The notes under the pieces are model-generated. The model made no database searches. It was not told the DNA's origin and worked only from the letters and a program-made list of their open reading frames with translations. Positions 47,967 through 60,429 of a stretch of 64,000 nt of DNA are shown in pieces. This stretch comes from Amoebidium appalachense (lineage: Eukaryota > Protista > Ichthyosporea). Within the stretch, counting starts at the first letter, position 1. Every line of letters begins with the position of its first letter. The DNA lies in assembly GCA_963693365.1 (NCBI GenBank), contig CAVNZM010000004.1, forward strand, positions 13,948,524-14,012,523. Direction: 5' to 3'. Both the position numbers and the translations under genes were made by a program.

Positions 47967-48965
47967 TTATGCCTCGAGGCCCAGCAGGCTGGCCGTGAGG
48001 GAGTTCCAGTCCAAGTCCGTCCTGAGGCCCACAAAGGCCGAGGTCGTCAGATAGTCGTCAAACAGCGGCTGGTCGAGGGGCTCCATCCACGTTTGGGGCA
48101 GCTCAACCTCCAGCGGGCTGGACATGTAAACGGGGCTCTGCATATACGACATAGGCGACGACATTGGCGACACCGACGATACCGAGAGAGGGGACAGCTG
48201 CACCGGGGGTGTGGGGGGGCTCTTCATGACCGGCCGTGCCATCTTCACAGGGTAGTAGTGGGGCTCGGGCTTGGGTGCCCGGAAGTGCATATGCTGCGCC
48301 GGCACCTGGTTGAGTGTGGGCAGGTCGGACAGCATTTGGAAGCTGCTGAACAGGGGCACATTCTGTGCAGGCAGGGGTGGCAGTGTGTTGGGCAGACTAG
48401 GACTGCGGTACACCGTGGCCGGCCGCTCTATCGCAAGGGTGGTCTCGGGCAGTGATGCTGAACGTTTGGCTGGGCGCCGCTTGGCCGGTGCCGTGGCATC
48501 CTGCTCACGGGGCACACCGTTTACACTGCGCATGCGTCTGCGCGACTTGTTGTTAATATATATGCCCTCCTCCGTAAAGCACGAACGCGACTCCTCGCAG
48601 ATAGTCCAAAAGCGGCAGTGCTTGTTGCGACCATCCCTGCTGGGGCCCTCAACCCGCACAAAACACTTGTGGTGACTGAGTGTGTGGCGGATAGAGTTCT
48701 GCCAGCACGTCCAGGCCTGAGCATAGTATGGGAACGACCCCGAGATGTACGTGTACAATTCAGACAGAGTTCCGCGGCCTTCTGGGCATGACATGATTGC
48801 CTTTGCGCACAGTGTGGCATAGTCGAAGGGGGGGCGAATTTTAGCATCTGTATGGTAGTCCCCCACAAAGGTAGCTGGTTCACTCTTGCCTAGCAGCCAG
48901 GAGATCTGCTCCTCCATTTGCTCTGGCTGCTGGCTTGTGGTATCGCTCTCGAGCTTAACTGCCAT
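47967..48965 (-). CDS. Forkhead (Fox) transcription factor, intronless, 332 aa
   Basis: Forkhead domain RPPFDYATLCAKAIMSCPEGRGTLSELYTYISGSFPYY...WQNSIRHTLSHHKCFVRV...FWTI, then a basic NLS-like stretch, a Ser/Pro-rich region and an acidic-hydrophobic C-terminus. Confidence 0.96.
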   Translation of the reverse strand: MAVKLESDTTSQQPEQMEEQISWLLGKSEPATFVGDYHTDAKIRPPFDYATLCAKAIMSCPEGRGTLSELYTYISGSFPYYAQAWTCWQNSIRHTLSHHKCFVRVEGPSRDGRNKHCRFWTICEESRSCFTEEGIYINNKSRRRMRSVNGVPREQDATAPAKRRPAKRSASLPETTLAIERPATVYRSPSLPNTLPPLPAQNVPLFSSFQMLSDLPTLNQVPAQHMHFRAPKPEPHYYPVKMARPVMKSPPTPPVQLSPLSVSSVSPMSSPMSYMQSPVYMSSPLEVELPQTWMEPLDQPLFDDYLTTSAFVGLRTDLDWNSLTASLLGLEA

Positions 48966-49126
48966 TTTTCCTTAGTAACTCTCCTACTAGAGTGGGTGCA
49001 CGGGTGTAAAGACTCTATATAAGCTTGAACAAATTGTTACTTGTCGCGTTTTTGAGTAACAACCAACCGACATACGTCCAGAAAGTGGCGACATCGAAAG
49101 TGGTAGAGGTTGGTCGAATGGTTGGG

Positions 49127-49220
49127 GCTTTATATATGCCCGCTTGAAATCGGAACGGCTGAACGTATAGCTGATTTAGACCCAATAGGAACTCGTCTAC
49201 AAAAAGTCCATCTGATTGGT
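49127..49220 (-). promoter_or_regulatory. Putative core promoter of the Fox gene (TATA and CCAAT boxes)
   Basis: Minus strand: gcaTATATAAAgcc about 165-175 bp upstream of the ATG, and gaCCAATcag (49211-49220) about 80 bp further upstream. A second CCAAT lies on the plus strand at ~49182. Confidence 0.55.
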
Positions 49221-51352
49221 CAGAATGTGAGCGCTGTGAGAGCCGTAGGAATCTGCTTTTGTTGGCTTGTGCCGGGGCCAGGGCCCATGATTCCACAGTG
49301 ATTCCCGCGGCGGCCAAGCAACATATTTTTTAACACAATTAATATTCCATACACTGTGATAGTACATACACGACTGGGCGGGCTGGTTAATTTCTTCACC
49401 AGGCCTTGCGCTGCCCCACTTATATTTGCAGGCACAATAGAAGTGGCAAACGTCTGGGCTCACCATGGCATATGCGGCTAAGGCTTCGATACGGCGATTA
49501 TCGGTCCTCCGCTCATGATCAGGAGCACGCGCATATATACCCCGGTGTCAGACAGTCGTACTGTACATGTTCGTCGCGAGTCCGGAATTCATGATCAGCA
49601 GGCTGGCAGTGGCCATGGCGGCCCCGGCGGGCGCCAGGCTCAGTGATGGCATGGCGAAGTTTTATTTTTCAGTGAAGGTGCGGGCTGGTCGCGACCGGTA
49701 CCGGTACCCGTACATGTCATACTGTATACACACCTTCCTTACATATATCGATATATATATCATTTTCTTACGACGTGAAAATTATGACGGCGACAGTGAA
49801 TTCCCGCACAGATCATAGGGCTGAAATATTCGTACGTGGCAGCCTGTCTGTGCATGCCCGGCCATATATATGCATGCATACCACGCGCTGGGGCCGGATC
49901 TGAGTCTCAGTGACGCGCGCGGATCCGGACCATCGGGCCACCGGCCTCTCAGCATGATCAGGCTGGAGCTGAAGGAGCGGGCGCACTGAGGCCGGTAGGC
50001 GGTGGCGCGGTGACTGCAGTGTGTTGAGCCATTTCACAGGCTGATGTTTCAGAAGTTCAGCCGGCCGGGGGCCTGAGTGGTCCCGGGAGGGCCGCCCGGC
50101 ACTGGTGCTGGGCCGCCGGCCGCCGAGGCCGGCTTTCCAAACTATTGGGCCTAGGCGCACCCTATGGAATGTTGATGTGGATGTACTCAGTCTGAAAAGC
50201 GTACTAAGTAGGTACTACCGTTATGCATGCTAACCCTTAATATGCGAGGCGCGAGGATCGACGCTCATCCATCTGGATGAAATGGTTTTTATTTTCTTGG
50301 CTTCATGTCAGGAGTAGCAGTCCGTTGTATGGCTAGCCTAACGTGTGTAGGGGTGAACTATCAGCTATGATCCAAATTTTACACTCATTTGGCTGATGCT
50401 TCACCGCCCAATCGGCAGCGTCATACATGATGTACAGTCAGAGTACCTGTAACCTGTATCGGCACATCTTCAGTTCGGCCAGCTTCCTGAGAATTCTGAA
50501 GATAGTAACTTTTTTTTTGGAATATTAGGCAAACCTCCATATTTTTTAATACATATCCATTTAGCATGTTCGATTCGTAAGAGTTCGAAATATAAGCGGC
50601 TTTGCAGCATCAGCCCTCAGGTGTGTTTGATTGGATTTCAGAGCACCGCACAGATCTAAGCGTGATGATTAGCTAATGGTAATTCGTTGTAACTGGTGTG
50701 GGCCGATCCAAAGGCTATTAGGTATTAGCCTATTAGAAGTTGAAGGTTTGCTGTGTACCGTAGTAAGCGAGAAACAAAGGATTGCACAGCATCCATAATG
50801 TGTAGGAGTAGCACATCATGAATACAGAGCAGGCTCAACCTATCTATGTACTAGTGTTTTGATATGGCCAGCACAAACCGTCTTCCAGCTCAGCTGCAGA
50901 GGCTCATGGTAGGTGCCGGTGTTGGCCCCGGCCCCGGGCCGGGGCCGGGGCCATTCGGAGTGATCATGATGATAGGGCTGTATCGATCCTGGCAGTCTGG
51001 CACACGTACACGAACGCCATATTTGTACTCGTTTATGTTGTGGTAAGGTCTGGAGCTGTTGTGGTGCGGTGATGAGGGCGTGGCCAACCAGAAAAAGGCA
51101 TGCGAGGGAGCTACATGCCGGTATACGTATGAAAGGCTGGAAATGCAAATGGGGTTTACGCTGTTTACTCGAGGCAAAGAGAACCAGTCTCAGGTATGGG
51201 GGGGGGGGGGTTTGCTCGGAATATCCCCTCAGCGGTATATCATGATCACGTACATAGATGTTGGGTGGTGACTATATATCAGGGTTTACTTTCTCTACGA
51301 GACACCATAAAGACTACAAGGAGAAATCAATTAGTTGGGGTTCCCCGTTTTT

Positions 51353-51395
<43 letters not shown>

Positions 51396-51427
51396 GGGCT
51401 CCCCTCGGGACACTCGGTATCAGCTGG

Positions 51428-51429
<2 letters not shown>

Positions 51430-51482
<53 letters not shown>

Positions 51483-52700
51483 TGTGTGTGTGTGCGCGTG
51501 CGCTATAATTTTGTAGTGATGTGTTTCTCAAGCCAATCAATACATCTAATAAACAGGTCGTAGTTACGCGTGTTTAGTATAAAATCAAGGATGTTGTAAT
51601 TTACAGGTAGGCTATCTTTCTGGGTGTCTGTTGTGAATGTGACGTGTGTGTGTTGCGGTATTATGTGGTCTATCAAACTACATTTGGCGATACATGACCG
51701 GTTAAACTGGTGTGTGTGTGTGTTGTTTGGGCATGCAAATGATGCCACCTTATACTTATTAGATCTCCACTGTATAGCACGTGTACAGTAAAAGCGTGGT
51801 AATTGATCAATAATACCATCAGCTAGAGAAAGACCAGTTCTACAGGAAGGTAATATGTATTTAGGTGTTATACACTTGCGAGTGCCATATTTGGCAATAT
51901 GGTTGAGGCGGTCAGTATATATAAAACGAGACATAAGGCTTAGTTTTTCAAGGTGTATGCTTTCATCGGGTCTAGTGTCGTGTGGTATCTTTTTCCATTT
52001 GTTATATTGCGTGATTATCTTGTGATTGTGTACATGTTTAATAAGTAAGTGGCAGTCCAAAGTCACACACACACTATTGCGGGGTTTATTTGTATTTGTG
52101 CCCAGGGGAGAAGGGGAGAGAGAGGGGAGGAAAGAGGGGAGAGGTGAGGAGGGGACAGGTCGGATAGAGAAGAGAGGGTGGGAGGGCAAATACTTCTTTA
52201 AGCGGCTTATGTGCTTATTGAATTTCAGCGCGAGATAGGATACTCTAGCAGCTATTGGGACCAGACCATATATCGAGAGCGTTACAGGCCCAGGTTTACA
52301 ACAGTTGTTAGATAGAAAGGAGGCAACTTCTGCTTCAAGGAAATTTGCCAAGGGTTTAAGCGCTCTAGTTCTCTCTTTCTTGATCCAAGCGGCGAGAAGG
52401 GGTAAACCATATTCACATGCCGGGAAGACAAAAGTGCGAATAAATGTAAGTCTAATAGAAGGATGGAGGGGTGTGTCTTTAAAAATATTAGCCGAGAAGA
52501 AAGCTAACCGCTTACGAGCCAACTCTACCCTCTTTTCGACCATATGGGGAAACATAACACCAACAGAATCAACCGGAGCACCAAGATATTTGTATTCTGG
52601 AACTATAGGTACAGGTTTAGATGATAATGTAAATGTGTGTAAATTGTTAGCTATATCAGGTACAAGAACACCACATTTGTCTATGTTAAGGATCATAAGG
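51430..52700 (-). mobile_element. Non-LTR retrotransposon copy 2, 5'-truncated within RT, ending in a (CA)n tract
   Basis: ORF 51503-52696 starts at the RT C-terminal motifs (NIDKCG...EYKYLG, CEYGLPLL). It is colinear with copy 1: YILPSCR/YPSSR, QWRSN/FWRCN, Cys/His cluster, LDFILN/IDYLL. The TAG stop is followed by cgcacgcg and then (CA)n. Confidence 0.88.
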
Positions 52701-53978
52701 TTTGCCTTGCATCCTTAACCTTTGGCAAACGCTCAAACAGTCGATGACAAGGATACATACATCTATTTTCATGTTCTGTTGCTAACCTACTCCTCCGGGT
52801 CGGCAACCAGCTGCGGGCACGTGTGTTTGATAGAATTTGCTGTACATCTTGAAGGCGCTACGTGCTGCTGGTTTCTTCTTGAGGAGCCTCTCGGCTGCAT
52901 TACCCAGTGCGTAAGCTATTTCTGTTCAAATTTTGTGCGGCCTGCACTCATAGCGCATGCAGTTCGTGATCATGCACAGTCATATCAGTGCCATGCCACA
53001 ATAAATCCTGCTCATTCCTCCACGCGCCTGTTCGTGGTTCCAGATCCACTTCTCCTCCTTCCCTCCCCCCCTCCCCCCCCTACCCCCCTCCCCTCCCTCC
53101 ATCGATCCCCCCCCCCCCCCCCCCCCCTCCGGACCCGTCCCTTCCAGCCTCCCCCCCCCCCCCCCTCTCCCCCCCTCCCCCCCCTTGTACCCCGTCCGAG
53201 CTCCCCCTTCCCCCCTTCCCCCCACCTCCCCACTAACCTTGAAGCTTTGGGGGGGGGGGGGGGGGGGGGGGGAGAAAAAAAGGACATAAACATAGCGTCA
53301 CCTGTACATCGTGGCAGCTTAATATTTGGCCACATGCATACCACCACTACCACCACCTACACCACGTCCAGCGGGTGCACGCGCACCAAACCTAGCTTAG
53401 AGATGAAAGGGAGAGGGATTGCTGCACAGAACTCTGTACCAGCAGCTAGTATCGACCTCGGTGATCATGATCTCATGATTGAATACCCGCTTTGACTAGA
53501 AAACGAGAAGAAATCTTAAAAAGGGAAGCTACAGCTGGATTCCACAAAATATCAATATTCTGCTGGACCGGAGCCCGTGGTTTTACTGGCTTTTGAAAAA
53601 TAATATTAGACGTGTGTCGGTAAGTTATATATGCATGCCAACACTGGCTTTAATACTTCTAATTATATTGAATGATGCCCCTCTCCCCCCCCCCCCCCCC
53701 CCCCCCCACACACACACACAAAAAAAAAAAAAGCATGGTCAGGCAGTGATAAAATGAAAAACAGGCAACCTGCGGCCACCATGGATGAATGGTCACAAAC
53801 AAGCAGCACACACCAGTTAAAAGGGAAGAGTGACGGACTCCGCGGTGGAGTTGGTGGTGGGGGGGCAGGTGGGGAAGGGAGGGGGGGAGGGGGGAGGGGG
53901 GGGGGGGGGGGAGAGAGAGAGAGAGAGGGGGGGGGGGGGGGGGGGGGGGGGGGAAGGGAGGGGAGGGGGGGGGGGGGG

Positions 53979-54013
<35 letters not shown>

Positions 54014-54097
54014 AGTGAGGGGGAGGGGGGGGGGATGGAGAGAGAGGGGGAAGGTTGAAGGGAGGAGGGATAGAGAGAGGGCGGGGGGAAGGGAGAG

Positions 54098-54128
<31 letters not shown>

Positions 54129-54134
54129 AGAGGG

Positions 54135-54261
<127 letters not shown>

Positions 54262-54357
54262 TCCGGCCATACCTTGTTGAGAGCGTGTAACGGTATGAGT
54301 GCCGGTGGATGGTTGTACATGTGACCACGTTGGTGTTTTGTCAGTCTCTGCGGTATG

Positions 54358-54401
<44 letters not shown>

Positions 54402-54446
54402 GTGTGTTGTGTGTGTGTGTGTCGGTGTTTGATGTGTGTGTGTTTG

Positions 54447-54514
<68 letters not shown>

Positions 54515-54989
54515 TAAAGGTGCCACGAGGTTGCACATATGAACATGTCCACGTCCGAGGTGAGGTCTGCTGTTTCCTAAGAATACTTTTGTGTTACGAA
54601 TTCCGTGCCTACCTCTGATCGATCTGAGACCGGGTCACATGGATGTGTGGGCCGGTGGGTTGCTTGAACACCTAAACTGTGCTGGTGCGGTGTGTGTGTT
54701 GGGGTTGTGGCCTGTGTTAACGTGTCGTGTGTGTGTTCATTGCTGTTGCTGCAATGGTGTTGTGGTTTTGATTTATGACTTTGTAAGTTTGACGGTGCTG
54801 CGTAGGTGGTGTAAAAAAGTACTTTTGGATTTGTTTGGTGCAGTCATCACTTTTGTGGTTGCACAGTGCTGTTGTGACGTCACGTGGATTTGCCTACAGC
54901 TGGCCTACTATCAACCTAGGCCCAAGCCTCTTCTTCAAGGCCCCCATCCATCACGTAGCCTCCAGGCCATTGGAGTGTGTGTTGACTAG

Positions 54990-55615
54990 GGCCCAACCAC
55001 GTCGGCAGAGCCAACTTGTAAAAGGCATAAATATTCTCTAGAAAGCGGAATTACTCTGTAGAAAGCAGAAGTATTCTGCAGAATCTTTCTACAAAAAGCA
55101 GAATTATTCTGCAAAAGCAGATTTATTCTGCTTCAAGAATCATTCTGCTTTTAGCAGAATTATTCTGCCATTAGCAGAATTATTCCGCAAAAGGCCGAAT
55201 TATTCTGCTTTCGGCAGCAGACTAATTAGAATCACTCTGCTTTTAGCAGAATAATTCTTCTAATTAGCAAAATTATTCCGCAAAAAGCAGAAATATTCTG
55301 CTAATTAGAATCATGCTTTTAGCACAGTTGTTCAGCTATAAGCAGAATTGTTCCGCAAAACGCAAAACTATTCTTCAAAAGGCAGAATCATTCTGCTTCT
55401 TGCAGAATAATTCTGCTTTTTGCGGAATAATTCTCTTCTTAGCAGATTAAATCTGAAGTTGGAAAATATATCTGCTTTTAGCAAAAAATTATGCTTTTGC
55501 TGAATCATTCTTCTGCTTTTTGCAGAATAATGCTGCCTTTTACATTTGAAGAATAATATTGCTTTTTGCATAAAATACTGCTCCGAGCAAGTTGTCCCAG
55601 CCGATTGGTTGTGCC
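54990..55615. mobile_element. Probable non-autonomous DNA transposon (MITE/fold-back type) with imperfect ~30-bp TIRs and an internal array of palindromic ~19-bp units
   Basis: Left end ggcccaaccacgtcggcagagccaacttgt vs reverse complement of right end ggcacaaccaatcggctgggacaacttgc. The interior holds more than 20 degenerate GCAGAATTATTCTGC-type units. AT-rich, with no meaningful ORF. Confidence 0.7.
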
Positions 55616-56656
55616 ATGTGTTGCTTGGCCTCCAAGGCAGTCGAGCAATTACAGAATTGTTTCATTGTGGCTGTGTGTTGGTGCTGTGACGGGTCGAGCG
55701 TCCGGGGTGTTTAACTAACTTAGGGTGGACAGTCTGTTCTGTGATTGGTTGCCTTTGTGCATATCCATAACTGGCAAGTGGCCTGGTTTCGGGGGTGTTG
55801 TGTGGCAACGGGGACATCTAGTGGTGGTGAGGATCTAGGGGGATGGTCTTGTTGGAGTCTAGGCATGGTTGGTGGGATGCCCGGGGCAACGGTAAATGCT
55901 TTTTTGATTCGGGGCCTTTCTAATTGTGTTCTGGTCTTGTGGGTACCGGCCCCAAGGCCATCAAACAGACATGGCAGGACGATGGGGCTGTGATATTCAC
56001 ATGAGCCTATGGGGGCTTGTTCTAATTTAACAACGGTTTTAATCTAGGGTGGTCCGGTTTCGAGATTTCCCCTATCGGGTGAGGGGGGCCTCACGCAGGT
56101 TCGGTGGTGCTGTGGGTTTTGGGGTGGTGGGATGCATCAAGGGTGAACTGGCGGCAGGATTGGGTTTGGCCCCCCTACAGTAGTGGATTAGTGAGGGTGA
56201 TTGTTGATTCGTGGGGGGTTAATTTCCACCTAAGGAGGGTCGGGTATATGTGAGTACGGACATTGCCTTAAAAAGGCTGTGCCCGCCGTTGCAGTGTGAT
56301 GACGTGTGAGCTGTTGCAGTTTGCCGGCATGCATTGCATGGGAGCCGCAATCGGTGCCCTTGCGGCCGGAGGTTGAACTGGGCCCCTTCGATTCCAATAG
56401 GGGGGCCCTACGGAGGGTGGGAGGGGGAAGAGGTCAGCCACGGCGTGCTGATGCTTGCGCCCCACCCAAACTCTAAACAGCAGGGCTCTAAAACACAGAC
56501 TCCGGGGGCAGCATCCATAAGTTATATTAACAAGAGGTGGGCTTCTGCATGTGTCTATGCACTTTCTATGCACTTAGGGCCTGGGGTGGCGGGGAAGCGA
56601 AGGTGGGTGGTCGGAGTGGGGTGGGTGCCAGGTGGATTTTCACAAGTGGGTGGGGT

Positions 56657-56687
<31 letters not shown>

Positions 56688-57189
56688 AGGGGGGGATAGC
56701 AAATCAGTGGTCACGGACAACCAGCCCATGCACAGCAGTCAACCGGTAAGCAAATATTCATTCCGAAGTTAGAAAAAGAGAATAAGAATAATAGGCCCGG
56801 CCCGGCCGGCCTAGATGGAAATAGCTTGCATTTAACTATTTTCGACAGTCAAGCGAAGATTACGGTTTCTGGTGCCGGCTAATGCACTGACATAGGGCAT
56901 ACACACTAACCACCCAGCGCATGGCAGCTGGTCATAAGCTCCCCTTATTAATAAAAACACGATGGAAAACGGATATTCTTGAAAAGGGTTGTACCTATTG
57001 GTTCTATTCTAAAGCTACTTGCATAATAAGATGCACACACCAAGCCACTTTGCCACCAACACACCATCAGCATTCCACCCGTTCACCACGCCTACCCATC
57101 CTCCACCACCCACATCAATAAATCGAGATGCCACCGTGACCCAAGATAGCCAATACTGAATGGCACGCACGAACCCCCAAAAAGTACCC

Positions 57190-57220
<31 letters not shown>

Positions 57221-57461
57221 AAAAAAAAAAAAAAGGAAAGAAAAAGATAAATTAAAATTGCACCAGCACCTGCTCATCACGGCATGGCCCCAGCTGCCTG
57301 TGACATCATCATGTGCCCACCGCCCGCCGGTGCCCCCTCGTGTGTCATGTGCATGGACCCCCCTCCGACGTACGAAATTTGCCCGGATGTTGGATGATAC
57401 TGGCCGGCAGGGTTTGGTGCCAATGCAACATTCGGGGTGCTCTGAGACCGCGGGTGCATGA

Positions 57462-57702
57462 CTATAAACCCCCCCTCTGACGGCTGGGGGTTGGATATGT
57501 GGGGGGGCTGCTGGCCACAAAGCGATATGCATGCTCATCGGCCATTGGGGGGGGCTGTCCAGTGGGTGTGCTGTGGTGGCGCACTAGGCCATGCCGGCTG
57601 GGCGGTGGGGGCATGTCATAGCGCATAGCCCCCTGCATGCCCGGTGCAGAGTGGGGTGGGGCGGGTAGCGGTGGCGGGTAGACGAGGGCCATGGGTGCTG
57701 GT
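57462..57702 (-). CDS. Candidate orphan Pro-rich terminal exon
   Basis: Polypyrimidine tract and ctacag acceptor, then a phase-2 frame PAPMALVYPPPLPAPPHSAPGMQGAMRYDMPPPPSRHGLVRHHSTP...* with coding-like GC-rich codons. Confidence 0.4.
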
Positions 57703-57910
57703 CTGTAGGAGGAGGGGAGGGGGGGGGGGGGGGGGGGATGAGTTTGATGTGGATGTGGTGCGCGCATACGCGTGTGTGTGTGGCAGTGGGCGTTCGGTGG
57801 AGGAAGGGGGGGGGGGGGGGGGGGGGGGGAGGGGGCTCGCTTTGTTTTGGTGGTGGAGGAGGTGGTGGTTGGGGGGGGGGGGGGGGGGGAGGGAAGGGGG
57901 GGATGAGTTC

Positions 57911-57984
<74 letters not shown>

Positions 57985-59079
57985 TGTTTGTGTGTGTGTG
58001 CGTTTGTGTGGTGTGTGGCCAGAGGGGGGAGGAGGGGGGGGGAGGAGGGTTCGAATCTTTTCTGTAGGGGGGGGGGGGGGGAAGGATTCGATGTGTACGT
58101 GCGTGCACGCGCGCACGTGTATGTGTGTATGTGTGTGTGTACTGTGTGGCCAGAGGGGGCGCCGGGGGGGGGGGGGGGGGGGGGGAGGGGGGGGGGAGGG
58201 GGGGGAGGGGGGAGTGGCAGTTTTTGGGGGGAGGCGGAAAGGGATTAGATGTACACGTTTTATTTTATTTATTTTTCTTTTTTTCCGGGTGGGGTTAGGG
58301 GCGGGGTTGGGGGGGGGGGGGTTGGGTTCGAAGACGTTAAAAAGACCCAAATGGAGTTGCATTACATCTCCCTTCAAAGTCACATACTCCATCACCTCCC
58401 CAATCTGACTCTACCATGCACACCCCACGGGGCCCTCCCAGAATTTGCCAGTGACTGAACATGTCCCACCACTGTACTTCAGTCTCTCCCCCTCCCCCCC
58501 CACGCCGCCAATACGGACTTCCGAAGACCCCGTATCCCGTTCACCCCGCCCCACCCTCCCTATGGAAGGCAGCACTAGAGGCTGGCCATCAACCAGTACC
58601 GCCCAGACGCCACCTTCGACCCCACCCAACACACCCCACCATGCATGTACACAATGCCGAATCGGCCCTCGCTCATCTCACAACCCCCTCCCCCCCCCCA
58701 CACGCACACACGGCGTTATTGCAAAACACTCCACCCTTCTCCTCCTCACCTCCCACCTGCCCCCCCCCTCCCCCCCCCCCCCCCCCCCCCCCCCACCCAC
58801 ACCCCCTCTTCTCTTACCCGTTCATGATCATGTGGTGCCCTTCCTGCTTCACATATGTGCCACACATCAGCCCCCTCAGACGGCCAACCTCCCCCTCCAG
58901 TTCCTGTGGCCATGCAAAGTCAGCCAGTGGTTCAGGGGGTAATGAAAAAAAGCATGGGTTGGGCACGTGACGATAGAGAAAGATGTGGATTCACTGTGTT
59001 GATGGGAGGAGGGGAAGGAGGTGGTGGTGGTGCTGATGGTGGTGTGTGTGTGCCTCCCCCCCCCCCCCCCCCCCCCCGC

Positions 59080-59120
<41 letters not shown>

Positions 59121-59423
59121 GGGGGGGGGGGGGGGAGAGGGGAGAGGGCGAACGGGGAGGACGGGGACGGGCAGGAGGGTTATGCCACAGGAGGAGACAA
59201 GAGGAGAAGTGGCCGGTTTGCTCAAACACAATCGATAGCAGAGCAAGAATGAGAAGGGGGGGAGGGGGGGGGGGGGGAGGGGTATGCAACAACCAGGTTC
59301 CGTGGAGAGTGCGAGTCATGTAAAGTATAGAAGGAGCTAGGGTTCGTGGAGTTATGTGCTGTTGCCGGTGTGTGTGTTTGTGCGTGTACTGGGTGTCCTA
59401 GGGTTTGTTATTGTTGTTGTTTT

Positions 59424-59454
<31 letters not shown>

Positions 59455-59640
59455 GGGGGGGGGGGGGGGATAAAGCCCCCGAAAGTCAGCCCCCCCCCCC
59501 CCCTCCCCAAACACACACACGCACACACAAACAAAAAGAAAAAACACACAAAAAAAGAACTGATTAACATCCCCCCCCCCCCCCCCCCCCCACACACACA
59601 AAAAAAAAGAGAAAACAAGAAAAAAATGAACTGCCACACC

Positions 59641-59688
<48 letters not shown>

Positions 59689-60260
59689 CCCCAACACATA
59701 CACACCCCACCGCCACCATAATCATTACCACTACCAAAGGGGAAAAAAAGAAGAGTGAGGAAATTGAAAATGCAACCCAAGCAACAAAACTTCAAGGAGC
59801 ACGGTGCCCATGCAAAACAAGACAACTCAACAATCAACCGTGCTATCTCAGCAGGAACTTGGGAGTTTATTCGGTTCGTATTCCTAATACTATTTGCTTG
59901 CTTCTTCATATATCCGTTAGCTCTTGCATCTTTTTATTTTCCTGATAACTTACTTCTTTTATATTATTAATATCCCTTATTAAACATTTCACATTCCTGA
60001 AAAGTTTTGCTTGGTTCGTTCACACTCCTGACCATCTTTGCTTTTACATAGATATTTTATATTCATACCAACTTTACTTCTTTCTATTCTTTTACAACGA
60101 CAAATGACGAAATGTCAAGAAAGGCATCCACTTGCTTTGGCACCTGATTCTTCTATTGCAACTGCCGATCCATCTCCTTTCTAACGTCTCTTTGCCCTCT
60201 GTTTTATTGGTGTACTGTTTATGAAACCCTCTTTCCAGGCTCTCTCTCTCTTCCCTCCCC

Positions 60261-60305
<45 letters not shown>

Positions 60306-60429
60306 AAAAAAAAAAAAAAAAAAACAGGAAAAAAAAAAAACCAAAAAAAAAAAAAAAAAAAAACACGTACACACACACCCCACCCCTCCGTGCCTTCATT
60401 GTCTTTCCACAGCTAGCCCAATCCGTCCA

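Noticed and set aside
55030-55575. CRISPR-like array
   Set aside because: Units are separated by only 3-5 nt with no unique spacers, there are no cas genes, and the context is eukaryotic.
58400-58680. Pro/Thr-rich plus-strand ORFs
   Set aside because: No convincing splice sites or domain. They are probably a by-product of C-rich composition.
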